Source: the human T2T-CHM13v2.0 reference genome, Homo sapiens. From it: a stretch of 64,000 nucleotides of DNA. The stretch's first letter is position 1. Each line of letters opens with the position of its first letter. Shown piece after piece: positions 52,901 to 64,000 of this stretch. The stretch lies in assembly GCF_009914755.1 (NCBI RefSeq), contig NC_060943.1; one strand, given 5' to 3'. The translations under genes were made by a program, and so were the position numbers. The notes beneath the pieces were generated by a model. That model was not told where the DNA came from, made no database searches, and saw nothing but the letters and a program-made list of their open reading frames with translations.

Positions 52901-55900
52901 GAGCAGACTTGAAACACTCTTTTTGTGGAATTTGCAAGTGGAGATTTCAGCCGCTTTGAGGTCAATGGTAGAATAGGAAATATCTTCCTATAGAAAGTAC
53001 ACAGAATGATTCTCAGAAACTGCTTTGTGATGTGTGCGTTCAACTCACAGAGTTCAACCTTTCTTTTCATAGAGCAGTTGGGAAACACTCTGTTTGTAAA
53101 GTCTGCAAGTGGATATTCAGACTTCTTTGAGGCCTTCGTTGGAAGCGGGATTTCTTCATATTCTGCAAGACAGAAGAATTCTCAGTAACTTCCTTGTGTT
53201 GTGTGTATTCAACTCACAGAGTTGAACGATCCTTTACACAGAGCAGACTTGAAACACTCTTTTTGTGGAATTTGCATGTGGAGATTTCAGCCGCTTTGAG
53301 TTCAATGGTAGAATAGGAAATATCTTCCTATAGAAACTAGACAGAATGATTCTCAGAAACTCCTTTGTGATGTGTGCGTTCAACTCACAGAGTTCAACCT
53401 TTCTTTTCATAGAGCAGTTGGGAAACACTCTGTTTGTAAAGTCTGCAAGTGGATATTCAGACTTCTTTGAGGCCTTCGTTGGAAGCGGGATTTCTTCATG
53501 TTCTAGACAGAAGAATTCTCAGAAACTTCCTTGTGTTGTGTGTTTTCAACTCACAGAGTTGAACGATCCTTTACACAGAGCAGACTTGAAACACTCCTTT
53601 TGTGGAATTTGCAAGTGGAGATTTCAGCCGCTTTGAGGTCAATGGTAGAATAGGAAATATCTTCCTATAGAAAGTAGACAGAATGATTCTCAGAAACTCC
53701 TTTGTGATGTGTGCGTTCAACTCACAGAGTTTAACCTTTCTTTTCATAGAGCAGTTAGGAAACACTCTGTTTGTAAAGTCTGCAAGTGGATATTCAGACC
53801 TCCTTGAGGCCTTCGTTGGAAACAGGATTTCTTCATATTCTGCTAGACAGAAGAATTCTCAGTAACTTCCTTGTGTTGTGTGTATTCAACTCACAGAGTT
53901 GAACGATCCTTTACACAGAGCAGACTTGAAACACTCCTTTTGTGGAATTTGCAAGTGGAGATTTCAGCCGCTTTGAGTTCAATGGTAGAATAGGAAATAT
54001 CTTCCTATAGAAACTAGACAGAATGATTCTCAGAAACTCCTTTGTGATGTGTGCGTTCAACTCACAGAGTTTAACCTTTCTTTTCATAGAGCAGTTGGGA
54101 AACACTCTGTTTGTAAAGTCTGCAAGTGGATATTCAGACTTCTTTGAGGCCTTCGTTGGAAGCGGGATTTCTTCATATTCTGCTAGACAGAAGAATTCTC
54201 AGTAACTGCCTTGTGTTGTGTGTATTCAACTCACAGAGTTGAACGATCCTTTACACAGAGCAGACTTGAAACACTCTTTTTGTGGAATTTGCAAGTGGAG
54301 ATTTCAGCCGCTTTGAGGTCAATGGTAGAATAGGAAATATCTTCCTATAGAAACTAGACAGAATGATTCTCAGAAACTCCTTTGTGATGTGTGCGTTCAA
54401 CTCACAGAGTTCAACCTTTCTTTTCATAGAGCAGTTGGGAAACACTCTGTTTGTAAAGTCTGCAAGTGGATATTCAGACTTCTTTGAGGCCTTCGTTGGA
54501 AGCGGGATTTCTTCATATTCTGCTAGACAGAAGAATTCTCAGTAACTGCCTTGTGTTGTGTGTATTCAACTCACAGAGTTGAACGATCCTTTACACAGAG
54601 CAGACTTGAAACACTCTTTTTGTGGAATTTGCAAGTGGAGATTTCAGCCGCTTTGAGGTCAATGGTAGAATAGGAAATATCTTCCTATAGAAACTAGACA
54701 GAATGATTCTCAGAAACTCCTTTGTGATGTGTGCGTTCAACTCACAGAGTTTAACCTTTCTTTTCATAGAGCAGTTAGGAAACACTCTGTTTGTAAAGTC
54801 TGCAAGTGGATATTCAGACATCCTTGAGGCTTTCGTTGGAAACGGGATTTCTTCATATTCTGCTAGAAAGAAGAATTCTCAGTAACTTCCTTGTGTTGTG
54901 TGTATTCAACTCACAGAGTTGAACGATCCTTTACACAGAGCAGACTTGAAACACTCTTTTTGTGGAATTTGCAAGTGGAGATTTCAGCCGCTTTGAGGTC
55001 AATGGTAGAATAGGAAATATCTTCCTATAGAAACTAGACAGAATGATTCTCAGAAACTCCTTTGTGATGTGTGCGTTCAACTCACAGAGTTTAACCTTTC
55101 TTTTCATAGAGCAGTTAGGAAACACTCTGTTTGTAAAGTCTGCAAGTGGATATTCAGACCTCCTTGAGGCCTTCGTTGGAAACGGGATTTCTTCATATTA
55201 TGCTAGACAGAAGAATTCTCAGTAACTTCCTTGTGTTGTGTGTATTCAACTCACAGAGTTGAACGATCCTTTACACAGAGCAGACTTGAAACACTCTTTT
55301 TGTGGAATTTGCAAGTGGAGATTTCAGCCGCTTTGAGGTCAATGGTAGAATAGGAAATATCTTCCTATAGAAACTAGACAGAATGATTCTCAGAAACTCC
55401 TTTGTGATGTGTGCGTTCAACTCACACAGTTTAACCTTTCTTTTCATAGAGCAGTTAGGAAACACTCTGTTTGTAAAGTCTGCAAGTGGATATTCAGACC
55501 TCCTTGAGGCATTCGTTGGAAACGGGATTTCTACATATTATGCTAGACAGAAGAATTCTCAGTAACTTCCTTGTGTTGTGTGTATTCAACTCACAGAGTT
55601 GAACGATCCTTTACACAGAGCAGACTTGAAACACTCTTTTTGTGGATTTTGCAAGTGGAGATTTCAGCCGCTTTGAGTTCAATGGTAGAATAGGAAATAT
55701 CTTCCTATAGAAACTAGACAGAATGATTCTCAGAAACTCCTTTGTGATGTGTGCGTTCAACTCACAGAGTTCAACCTTTCTTTTCATAGAGCAGTTGGGA
55801 AACACTCTGTTTGTAAAGTCTGCAAGTGGATATTCAGACTTCTTTGAGGCCTTCGTTGGAAGCGGGATTTCTTCATTTTCAGCTAGACAGAAGAATTCTC

Positions 55901-58300
55901 AGAAACTTCCTTGTGTTGTGTGTTTTCAACTCACAGAGTTGAACGATCCTTTACACAGAGCAGACTTGAAACACTCCTTTTGTGGAATTTGCAAGTGGAG
56001 ATTTCAGCCGCTTTGAGGTCAATGGTAGAATAGGAAATATCTTCCTATAGAAACTAGACAGAATGATTCTCAGAAACTCCTTTGTGATGTGTGCGTTCAA
56101 CTCACAGAGTTTAACCTTTCTTTTCATAGAGCAGTTAGGAAACACTCTGTTTGTAAAGTCTGCAAGTGGATATTCAGACATCCTTGAGGCTTTCGTTGGA
56201 AACGGGATTTCTTCATATTCTGCTAGAAAGAAGAATTCTCAGTAACTTCCTTGTGTTGTGTGTATTCAACTCACAGAGTTGAACGATCCTTTACACAGAG
56301 CAGACTTGAAACACTCTTTTTGTGGAATTTGCAAGTGGAGATTTCAGCCGCTTTGAGTTCAATGGTAGAATAGGAAATATCTTCCTATAGAAACTAGACA
56401 GAATGATTCTCAGAAACTCCTTTGTGATGTGTGCGTTCAACTCACAGAGTTTAACCTTTCTTTTCATAGAGCAGTTGGGAAACACTCTGTTTGTAAAGTC
56501 TGCAAGTGGATATTCAGACATCCTTGAGGCTTTCGTTGGAAACGGGATTTCTTCATATTCTGCTAGAAAGAAGAATTCTCAGTAACTTCCTTGTGTTGTG
56601 TGTATTCAACTCACAGAGTTGAACGATCCTTTACACAGAGCAGACTTGAAACACTCTTTTTGTGGAATTTGCAAGTGGAGATTTCAGCCGCTTTGAGTTC
56701 AATGGTAGAATAGGAAATATCTTCCTATAGAAACTAGACAGAATGATTCTCAGAAACTCCTTTGTGATGTGTGCGTTCAACTCACAGAGTTCAACCTTTC
56801 TTTTAATAGAGCAGTTGGGAAACACTCTGTTTGTAAATTCTGCAAGTGGATATTCAGACTTCTTTGAGGCCTTCGTTGGAAGCGGGATTTCTTCATATTC
56901 TGCTAGACAGAAGAATTCTCAGTAACTGCCTTGTGTTGTGTGTATTCAACTCACAGAGTTGAACGATCCTTTACACAGAGCAGACTTGAAACACTCTTTT
57001 TGTGGAATTTGCAAGTGGAGATTTCAGCCGCTTTGAGGTCAATGGTAGAATAGGAAATATCTTCCTATAGAAACTAGACAGAATGATTCTCAGAAACTCC
57101 TTTGTGATGTGTGCGTTCAACTCACAGAGTTCAACCTTTCTTTTCATAGAGCAGTTGGGAAACACTCTGTTTGTAAAGTCTGCAAGTGGATATTCAGACT
57201 TCTTTGAGGCCTTCGTTGGAAGCGGGATTTCTTCATATTCTGCTAGACAGAAGAATTCTCAGTAACTGCCTTGTGTTGTGTGTATTCAACTCACAGAGTT
57301 GAACGATCCTTTACACAGAGCAGACTTGAAACACTCTTTTTGTGGAATTTGCAAGTGGAGATTTCAGCCGCTTTGAGGTCAATGGTAGAATAGGAAATAT
57401 CTTCCTATAGAAACTAGACAGAATGATTCTCAGAAACTCCTTTGTGATGTGTGCGTTCAACTCACAGAGTTTAACCTTTCTTTTCATAGAGCAGTTAGGA
57501 AACACTCTGTTTGTAAAGTCTGCAAGTGGATATTCAGACATCCTTGAGGCTTTCGTTGGAAACGGGATTTCTTCATATTCTGCTAGAAAGAAGAATTCTC
57601 AGTAACTTCCTTGTGTTGTGTGTATTCAACTCACAGAGTTGAACGATCCTTTACACAGAGCAGACTTGAAACACTCTTTTTGTGGAATTTGCAAGTGGAG
57701 ATTTCAGCCGCTTTGAGGTCAATGGTAGAATAGGAAATATCTTCCTATAGAAACTAGACAGAATGATTCTCAGAAACTCCTTTGTGATGTGTGCGTTCAA
57801 CTCACACACTTTAACCTTTCTTTTCATAGAGCAGTTAGGAAACACTCTGTTTGTAAAGTCTGCAAGTGGATATTCAGACCTCTTTGAGGCATTCGTTGGA
57901 AACGGGATTTCTACATATTATGCTAGACAGAAGAATTCTCAGTAACTTCCTTGTGTTGTGTGTATTCAACTCACAGAGTTGAACGATCCTTTACACAGAG
58001 CAGACTTGAAACACTCTTTTTGTGGATTTTGCAAGTGGAGATTTCAGCCGCTTTGAGTTCAATGGTAGAATAGGAAATATCTTCCTATAGAAACTAGACA
58101 GAATGATTCTCAGAAACTCCTTTGTGATGTGTGCGTTCAACTCACAGAGTTCAACCTTTCTTTTCATAGAGCAGTTGGGAAACACTCTGTTTGTAAAGTC
58201 TGCAAGTGGATATTCAGACTTCTTTGAGGCCTTCGTTGGAAGCGGGATTTCTTCATGTTCAGCTAGACAGAAGAATTCTCAGAAACTTCCTTGTGTTGTG
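22600..58300 (+). repeat. Large ~15-kb tandem duplication (copy 1 ~22.6-43.0 kb including the nested 5437-bp duplication; copy 2 ~43.0-58.3 kb)
   Basis: Rare alleles recur at +20393 (24793>45186, 25473>45866, 27513>47906, 28193>48586, 30233>50626) and then at +21073 (32273>53346, 34310>55383, 35670>56743). Confidence 0.9.
32135..43195 (+). repeat. Near-perfect tandem duplication of 16 dimers (5437 bp)
   Basis: The following recur at +5437: 3-bp deletion (32430/37867), GTCAGCAAG (~32371/~37808), GCAATTGGG (~34721/~40158), CGTTTGAAAC (~35121/~40558) and CGAACC (~36574/~42011). Confidence 0.95.
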
Positions 58301-61300
58301 TGTTTTCAACTCACAGAGTTGAACGATCCTTTACACAGAGCAGACTTGAAACACTCCTTTTGTGGAATTTGCAAGTGGAGATTTCAGCCGCTTTGAGGTC
58401 AATGGTAGAATAGGAAATATCTTCCTATAGAAACTAGACAGAATGATTCTCAGAAACTCCTTTGTGATGTGTGCGTTCAACTCACAGAGTTTACCCTTTC
58501 TTTTCATAGAGCAGTTAGGAAACACTCTGTTTGTAAAGTCTGCAAGTGGATATTCAGACATCCTTGAGGCTTTCGTTGGAAACGGGATTTCTTCATATTC
58601 TGCTAGAAAGAAGAATTCTCAGTAACTTCCTTGTGTTGTGTGTATTCAACTCACAGAGTTGAACGATCCTTTACACAGAGCAGACTTGAAACACTCTTTT
58701 TGTGGAATTTGCAAGTGGAGATTTCAGCCGCTTTGAGTTCAATGGTAGAATAGGAAATATCTTCCTATAGAAACTAGACAGAATGATTCTCAGAAACTCC
58801 TTTGTGATGTGTGCGTTCAACTCACAGAGTTTAACCTTTCTTTTCATAGAGCAGTTGGGAAACACTCTGTTTGTAAAGTCTGCAAGTGGATATTCAGACA
58901 TCCTTGAGGCTTTCGTTGGAAACGGGATTTCTTCATATTCTGCTAGAAAGAAGAATTCTCAGTAACTTCCTTGTGTTGTGTGTATTCAACTCACAGAGTT
59001 GAACGATCCTTTACACAGAGCAGACTTGAAACACTCTTTTTGTGGAATTTGCAAGTGGAGATTTCAGCCGCTTTGAGTTCAATGGTAGAATAGGAAATAT
59101 CTTCCTATAGAAACTAGACAGAATGATTCTCAGAAACTCCTTTGTGATGTGTGCGTTCAACTCACAGAGTTTAACCTTTCTTTTCATAGAGCAGTTGGGA
59201 AACACTCTGTTTGTAAATTCTGCAAGTGGATATTCAGACTTCTTTGAGGCCTTCGTTGGAAGCGGGATTTCTTCATATTCTGCTAGACAGAAGAATTCTC
59301 AGTAACCTCCTTGTGTTGTGTGTATTCAACTCACAGAGTTGAACGACCCTTTACACAGAGCAGACTTGAAACACTCTTTTTGTGGAATTTGCAAGTGGAA
59401 ATTTCAGCCGCTTTGAGGTCAGTGGTAGAATAGGAAATATCTTCCTATAGAAACTAGACAGAATGATTCTCAGAAACTCCTTTGTGATGTGTGCGTTCAA
59501 CTCACAGAGTTTAACCTTTCTTTTCATAGAGCAGTTAGGAAACACTCTGTTTGTAAAGTCTGCAAGTGGATATTCAGACATCCTTGAGGCTTTCGTTGGA
59601 AACGGGATTTCTTCATGTTCTGCTAGACAGAAGAATTCTCAGTAACTGCCTTGTGTTGTGTGTATTCAACTCACAGAGTTGAACGATCCTTTACACAGAG
59701 CAGACTTGAAACACTCCTTTTGTGGAATTTGCAAGTGGAGATTTCAGCCGCTTTGAGGTCAATGGTAGAATAGGAAATATCTTCCTATAGAAACTAGACA
59801 GAATGATTCTCAGAAACTCCTTTGTGATGTGTGCGTTCAACTCACATAGTTTAACCTTTCTTTTCATAGAGCAGTTAGGAAACACTCTGTTTGTAAAGTC
59901 TGCAAGTGGATATTCAGACATCCTTGAGGCTTTCGTTGGAAACGGGATTTCTTCATATTCTGCTAGAAAGAAGAATTCTCAGTAACTTCCTTGTGTTGTG
60001 TGTATTCAACTCACAGAGTTGAACGATCCTTTACACAGAGCAGACTTGAAACACTCTTTTTGTGGAATTTGCAAGTGGAGATTTCAGCCGCTTTGAGGTC
60101 AATGGTAGAATAGGAAATATCTTCCTATAGAAACTAGACAGAATGATTCTCAGAAACTCCTTTGTGATGTGTGCGTTCAACTCACAGAGTTTAACCTTTC
60201 TTTTCATAGAGCAGTTAGGAAACACTCTGTTTGTAAAGTCTGCAAGTGGATATTCAGACCTCCTTGAGGCCTTCGTTGGAAACGGGATTTCTTCATATTA
60301 TGCTAGACAGAAGAATTCTCAGTAACTTCCTTGTGTTGTGTGTATTCAACTCACAGAGTTGAACGATCCTTTACACAGAGCAGACTTGAAACACTCTTTT
60401 TGTGGAATTTGCAAGTGGAGATTTCAGCCGCTTTGAGTTCAATGGTAGAATAGGAAATATCTTCCTACAGAAACTAGACAGAATGATTCTCAGAAACTCC
60501 TTTGTGATGTGTGCGTTCAACTCACAGAGTTCAACCTTTCTTTTCATAGAGCAGTTGGGAAACACTCTGTTTGTAAAGTCTGCAAGTGGATATTCAGACT
60601 TCTTTGAGGCCTTCGTTGGAAGCGGGATTTCTTCATATTCTGCTAGACAGAAGAATTCTCAGTAACTGCCTTGTGTTGTGTGTATTCAACTCACAGAGTT
60701 GAACGATCCTTTACACAGAGCAGACTTGAAACACTCTTTTTGTGGAATTTGCAAGTGGAGATTTCAGCCGCTTTGACGTCAATGGTAGAATAGGAAATAT
60801 CTTCCTATAGAAACTAGACAGAATGATTCTCAGAAACTCCTTTGTGATGTGTGCGTTCAACTCACAGAGTTCAACCTTTCTTTTCATAGAGCAGTTGGGA
60901 AACACTCTGTTTGTAAAGTCTGCAAGTGGATATTCAGACTTCTTTGAGGCCTTCGTTGGAAGCGGGATTTCTTCATATTCTGCTAGACAGAAGAATTCTC
61001 AGTAACTGCCTTGTGTTGTGTGTATTCAACTCACAGAGTTGAACGATCCTTTACACAGAGCAGACTTGAAACACTCTTTTTGTGGAATTTGCAAGTGGAG
61101 ATTTCAGCCGCTTTGAGGTCAATGGTAGAATAGGAAATATCTTCCTATAGAAACTAGACAGAATGATTCTCAGAAACTCCTTTGTGATGTGTGCGTTCAA
61201 CTCACAGAGTTTAACCTTTCTTTTCATAGAGCAGTTAGGAAACACTCTGTTTGTAAAGTCTGCAAGTGGATATTCAGACATCCTTGAGGCTTTCGTTGGA

Positions 61301-64000
61301 AACGGGATTTCTTCATATTCTGCTAGAAAGAAGAATTCTCAGTAACTTCCTTGTGTTGTGTGTATTCAACTCACAGAGTTGAACGATCCTTTACACAGAG
61401 CAGACTTGAAACACTCTTTTTGTGGAATTTGCAAGTGGGGATTTCAGCCGCTTTGAGGTCAATGGTAGAATAGGAAATATCTTCCTATAGAAACTAGACA
61501 GAATGATTCTCAGAAACTCCTTTGTGATGTGTGCGTTCAACTCACAGAGTTTAACCTTTCTTTTCATAGAGTAGTTAGGAAACACTCTGTTTGTAAAGTC
61601 TGCAAGTGGATATTCAGACCTCCTTGAGGCCTTCGTTGGAAACGGGATTTCTTCATATTATGCTAGACAGAAGAATTCTCAGTAACTTCCTTGTGTTGTG
61701 TGTATTCAACTCACAGAGTTGAACGATCCTTTACACAGAGCAGACTTGAAACACTCTTTTTGTGGAATTTGCAAGTGGAGATTTCAGCCGCTTTGAGGTC
61801 AATGGTAGAATAGGAAATATCTTCCTATAGAAACTAGACAGAATGATTCTCAGAAACTCCTTTGTGATGTGTGCGTTCAACTCACACAGTTTAACCTTTC
61901 TTTTCATAGAGCAGTTAGGAAACACTCTGTTTGTAAAGTCTGCAAGTGGATATTCAGACCTCCTTGAGGCATTCGTTGGAAACGGGATTTCTACATATTA
62001 TGCTAGACAGAAGAATTCTCAGTAACTTCCTTGTGTTGTGTGTATTCAACTCACAGAGTTGAACGATCCTTTACACAGAGCAGACTTGAAACACTCTTTT
62101 TGTGGATTTTGCAAGTGGAGATTTCAGCCGCTTTGAGTTCAATGGTAGAATAGGAAATATCTTCCTATAGAAACTAGACAGAATGATTCTCAGAAACTCC
62201 TTTGTGATGTGTGCGTTCAACTCACAGAGTTCAACCTTTCTTTTCATAGAGCAGTTGGGAAACACTCTGTTTGTACAGTCTGCAAGTGGATATTCAGACT
62301 TCTTTGAGGCCTTCGTTGGAAGCGGGATTTCTTCATGTTCAGCTAGACAGAAGAATTCTCAGAAACTTCCTTGTGTTGTGTGTTTTCAACTCACAGAGTT
62401 GAACGATCCTTTACACAGAGCAGACTTGAAACACTCCTTTTGTGGAATTTGCAAGTGGAGATTTCAGCCGCTTTGAGGTCAATGGTAGAATAGGAAATAT
62501 CTTCCTATAGAAACTAGACAGAATGATTCTCAGAAACTCCTTTGTGATGTGTGCGTTCAACTCACAGAGTTTAACCTTTCTTTTCATAGAGCAGTTAGGA
62601 AACACTCTGTTTGTAAAGTCTGCAAGTGGATATTCAGACATCCTTGAGGCTTTCGTTGGAAACGGGATTTCTTCATATTCTGCTAGAAAGAAGAATTCTC
62701 AGTAACTTCCTTGTGTTGTGTGTATTCAACTCACAGAGTTGAACGATCCTTTACACAGAGCAGACTTGAAACACTCTTTTTGTGGAATTTGCAAGTGGAG
62801 ATTTCAGCCGCTTTGAGTTCAATGGTAGAATAGGAAATATCTTCCTATAGAAACTAGACAGAATGATTCTCAGAAACTCCTTTGTGATGTGTGCGTTCAA
62901 CTCACAGAGTTTAACCTTTCTTTTCATAGAGCAGTTGGGAAACACTCTGTTTGTAAAGTCTGCAAGTGGATATTCAGACATCCTTGAGGCTTTCGTTGGA
63001 AACGGGATTTCTTCATATTCTGCTAGAAAGAAGAATTCTCAGTAACTTCCTTGTGTTGTGTGTATTCAACTCACAGAGTTGAACGATCCTTTACACAGAG
63101 CAGACTTGAAACACTCTTTTTGTGGAATTTGCAAGTGGAGATTTCAGCCGCTTTGAGTTCAATGGTAGAATAGGAAATATCTTCCTATAGAAACTAGACA
63201 GAATGATTCTCAGAAACTCCTTTGTGATGTGTGCGTTCAACTCACAGAGTTCAACCTTTCTTTTAATAGAGCAGTTGGGAAACACTCTGTTTGTAAATTC
63301 TGCAAGTGGATATTCAGACTTCTTTGAGGCCTTCGTTGGAAGCGGGATTTCTTCATATTCTGCTAGACAGAAGAATTCTCAGTAACTGCCTTGTGTTGTG
63401 TGTATTCAACTCACAGAGTTGAACGATCCTTTACACAGAGCAGACTTGAAACACTCTTTTTGTGGAATTTGCAAGTGGAGATTTCAGCCGCTTTGAGGTC
63501 AATGGTAGAATAGGAAATATCTTCCTATAGAAACTAGACAGAATGATTCTCAGAAACTCCTTTGTGATGTGTGCGTTCAACTCACAGAGTTCAACCTTTC
63601 TTTTCATAGAGCAGTTGGGAAACACTCTGTTTGTAAAGTCTGCAAGTGGATATTCAGACTTCTTTGAGGCCTTCGTTGGAAGCGGGATTTCTTCATATTC
63701 TGCTAGACAGAAGAATTCTCAGTAACTGCCTTGTGTTGTGTGTATTCAACTCACAGAGTTGAACGATCCTTTACACAGAGCAGACTTGAAACACTCTTTT
63801 TGTGGAATTTGCAAGTGGAGATTTCAGCCGCTTTGAGGTCAATGGTAGAATAGGAAATATCTTCCTATAGAAACTAGACAGAATGATTCTCAGAAACTCC
63901 TTTGTGATGTGTGCGTTCAACTCACAGAGTTTAACCTTTCTTTTCATAGAGCAGTTAGGAAACACTCTGTTTGTAAAGTCTGCAAGTGGATATTCAGACA
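54300..64000 (+). repeat. Block repeat at offset 6460 bp (19 dimers)
   Basis: Dimer order and alleles recur: 55383>61843 (TTTCTACAT, GCATTCG), 55723>62183 (GTTCAGCT-type) and 56743>63203 (TTTAATAG, TAAATTCTG). Confidence 0.75.

Larger units (their letters stand above)
1..64000 (+). repeat. Centromeric alpha satellite array, 340-bp dimeric unit (~188 copies), SF1 type resembling D1Z7/D5Z2/D19Z3 (S1C1/5/19H1L)
   Basis: Identical ORF starts recur every 340 bp (320, 660, ... 63543). The period shifts only at eight 1-bp and three 3-bp deletions. Two related ~170-bp monomers (GATTCTCAGAAACTCC.../AATTCTCAGTAACTTCC...) alternate in one orientation, with a CENP-B box in every second monomer and EcoRI GAATTC once per dimer (first at 150-155). 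The subfamily call is from recognition, not a database search. Confidence 0.98.

Noticed and set aside
208-63965. Hundreds of 60-97 aa ORFs on both strands (MILRNSFV..., MSEYPLADF..., MFPNCSMK...)
   Set aside because: They are chance open frames in AT-rich satellite, repeated at the 340-bp period. Their length changes with single SNPs and indels, and they show no recognisable domain or gene structure.
1-64000. CRISPR-like or other prokaryotic repeat-spacer system
   Set aside because: There are no unique spacers and no cas or other genes. The units are contiguous ~170-bp alphoid monomers.
1-64000. L1/Alu insertion or array inversion
   Set aside because: The 340-bp phase and orientation are kept throughout, with only 17 bp of total deletion and no foreign sequence or poly(A) tail.
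1-64000. Assignment to a specific chromosome or to the kinetochore (CENP-A/hypomethylated) site
   Set aside because: The chr1, chr5 and chr19 arrays share this repeat, and chromatin state cannot be read from sequence.
1-64000. A single fixed higher-order repeat longer than the dimer
   Set aside because: The local periods differ (5, 6, 7, 8, 16, 18-21 and 44-45 dimers) and none persists across the window.

Overview
The whole 64 kb window is one uninterrupted, head-to-tail array of primate (human-type) centromeric alpha satellite DNA. The unit is a 340-bp dimer of two ~170-bp monomers, in about 188 copies. Each dimer has one EcoRI site and one CENP-B box, on alternate monomers. By recognition, the sequence matches the suprachromosomal family 1 (J1/J2) dimer of the active D1Z7/D5Z2/D19Z3 arrays (chr1/5/19); the chromosome cannot be determined from this window. 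I found no genes, RNA genes, transposon insertions, inversions or CRISPR arrays, and all listed ORFs are by-products of the repeat. I see no new protein-coding system. The interesting signal is in the rare variants, which record a nested duplication history (about 2.0-2.4, 2.7, 5.4, 6-7 and 15 kb units). They also give a breakpoint mappable to about 15 bp, CENP-B box losses that all hit CpG sites, divergent monomer patches, and a hairpin that may have been perfected by template switching. All variant counts were made by eye and are approximate.
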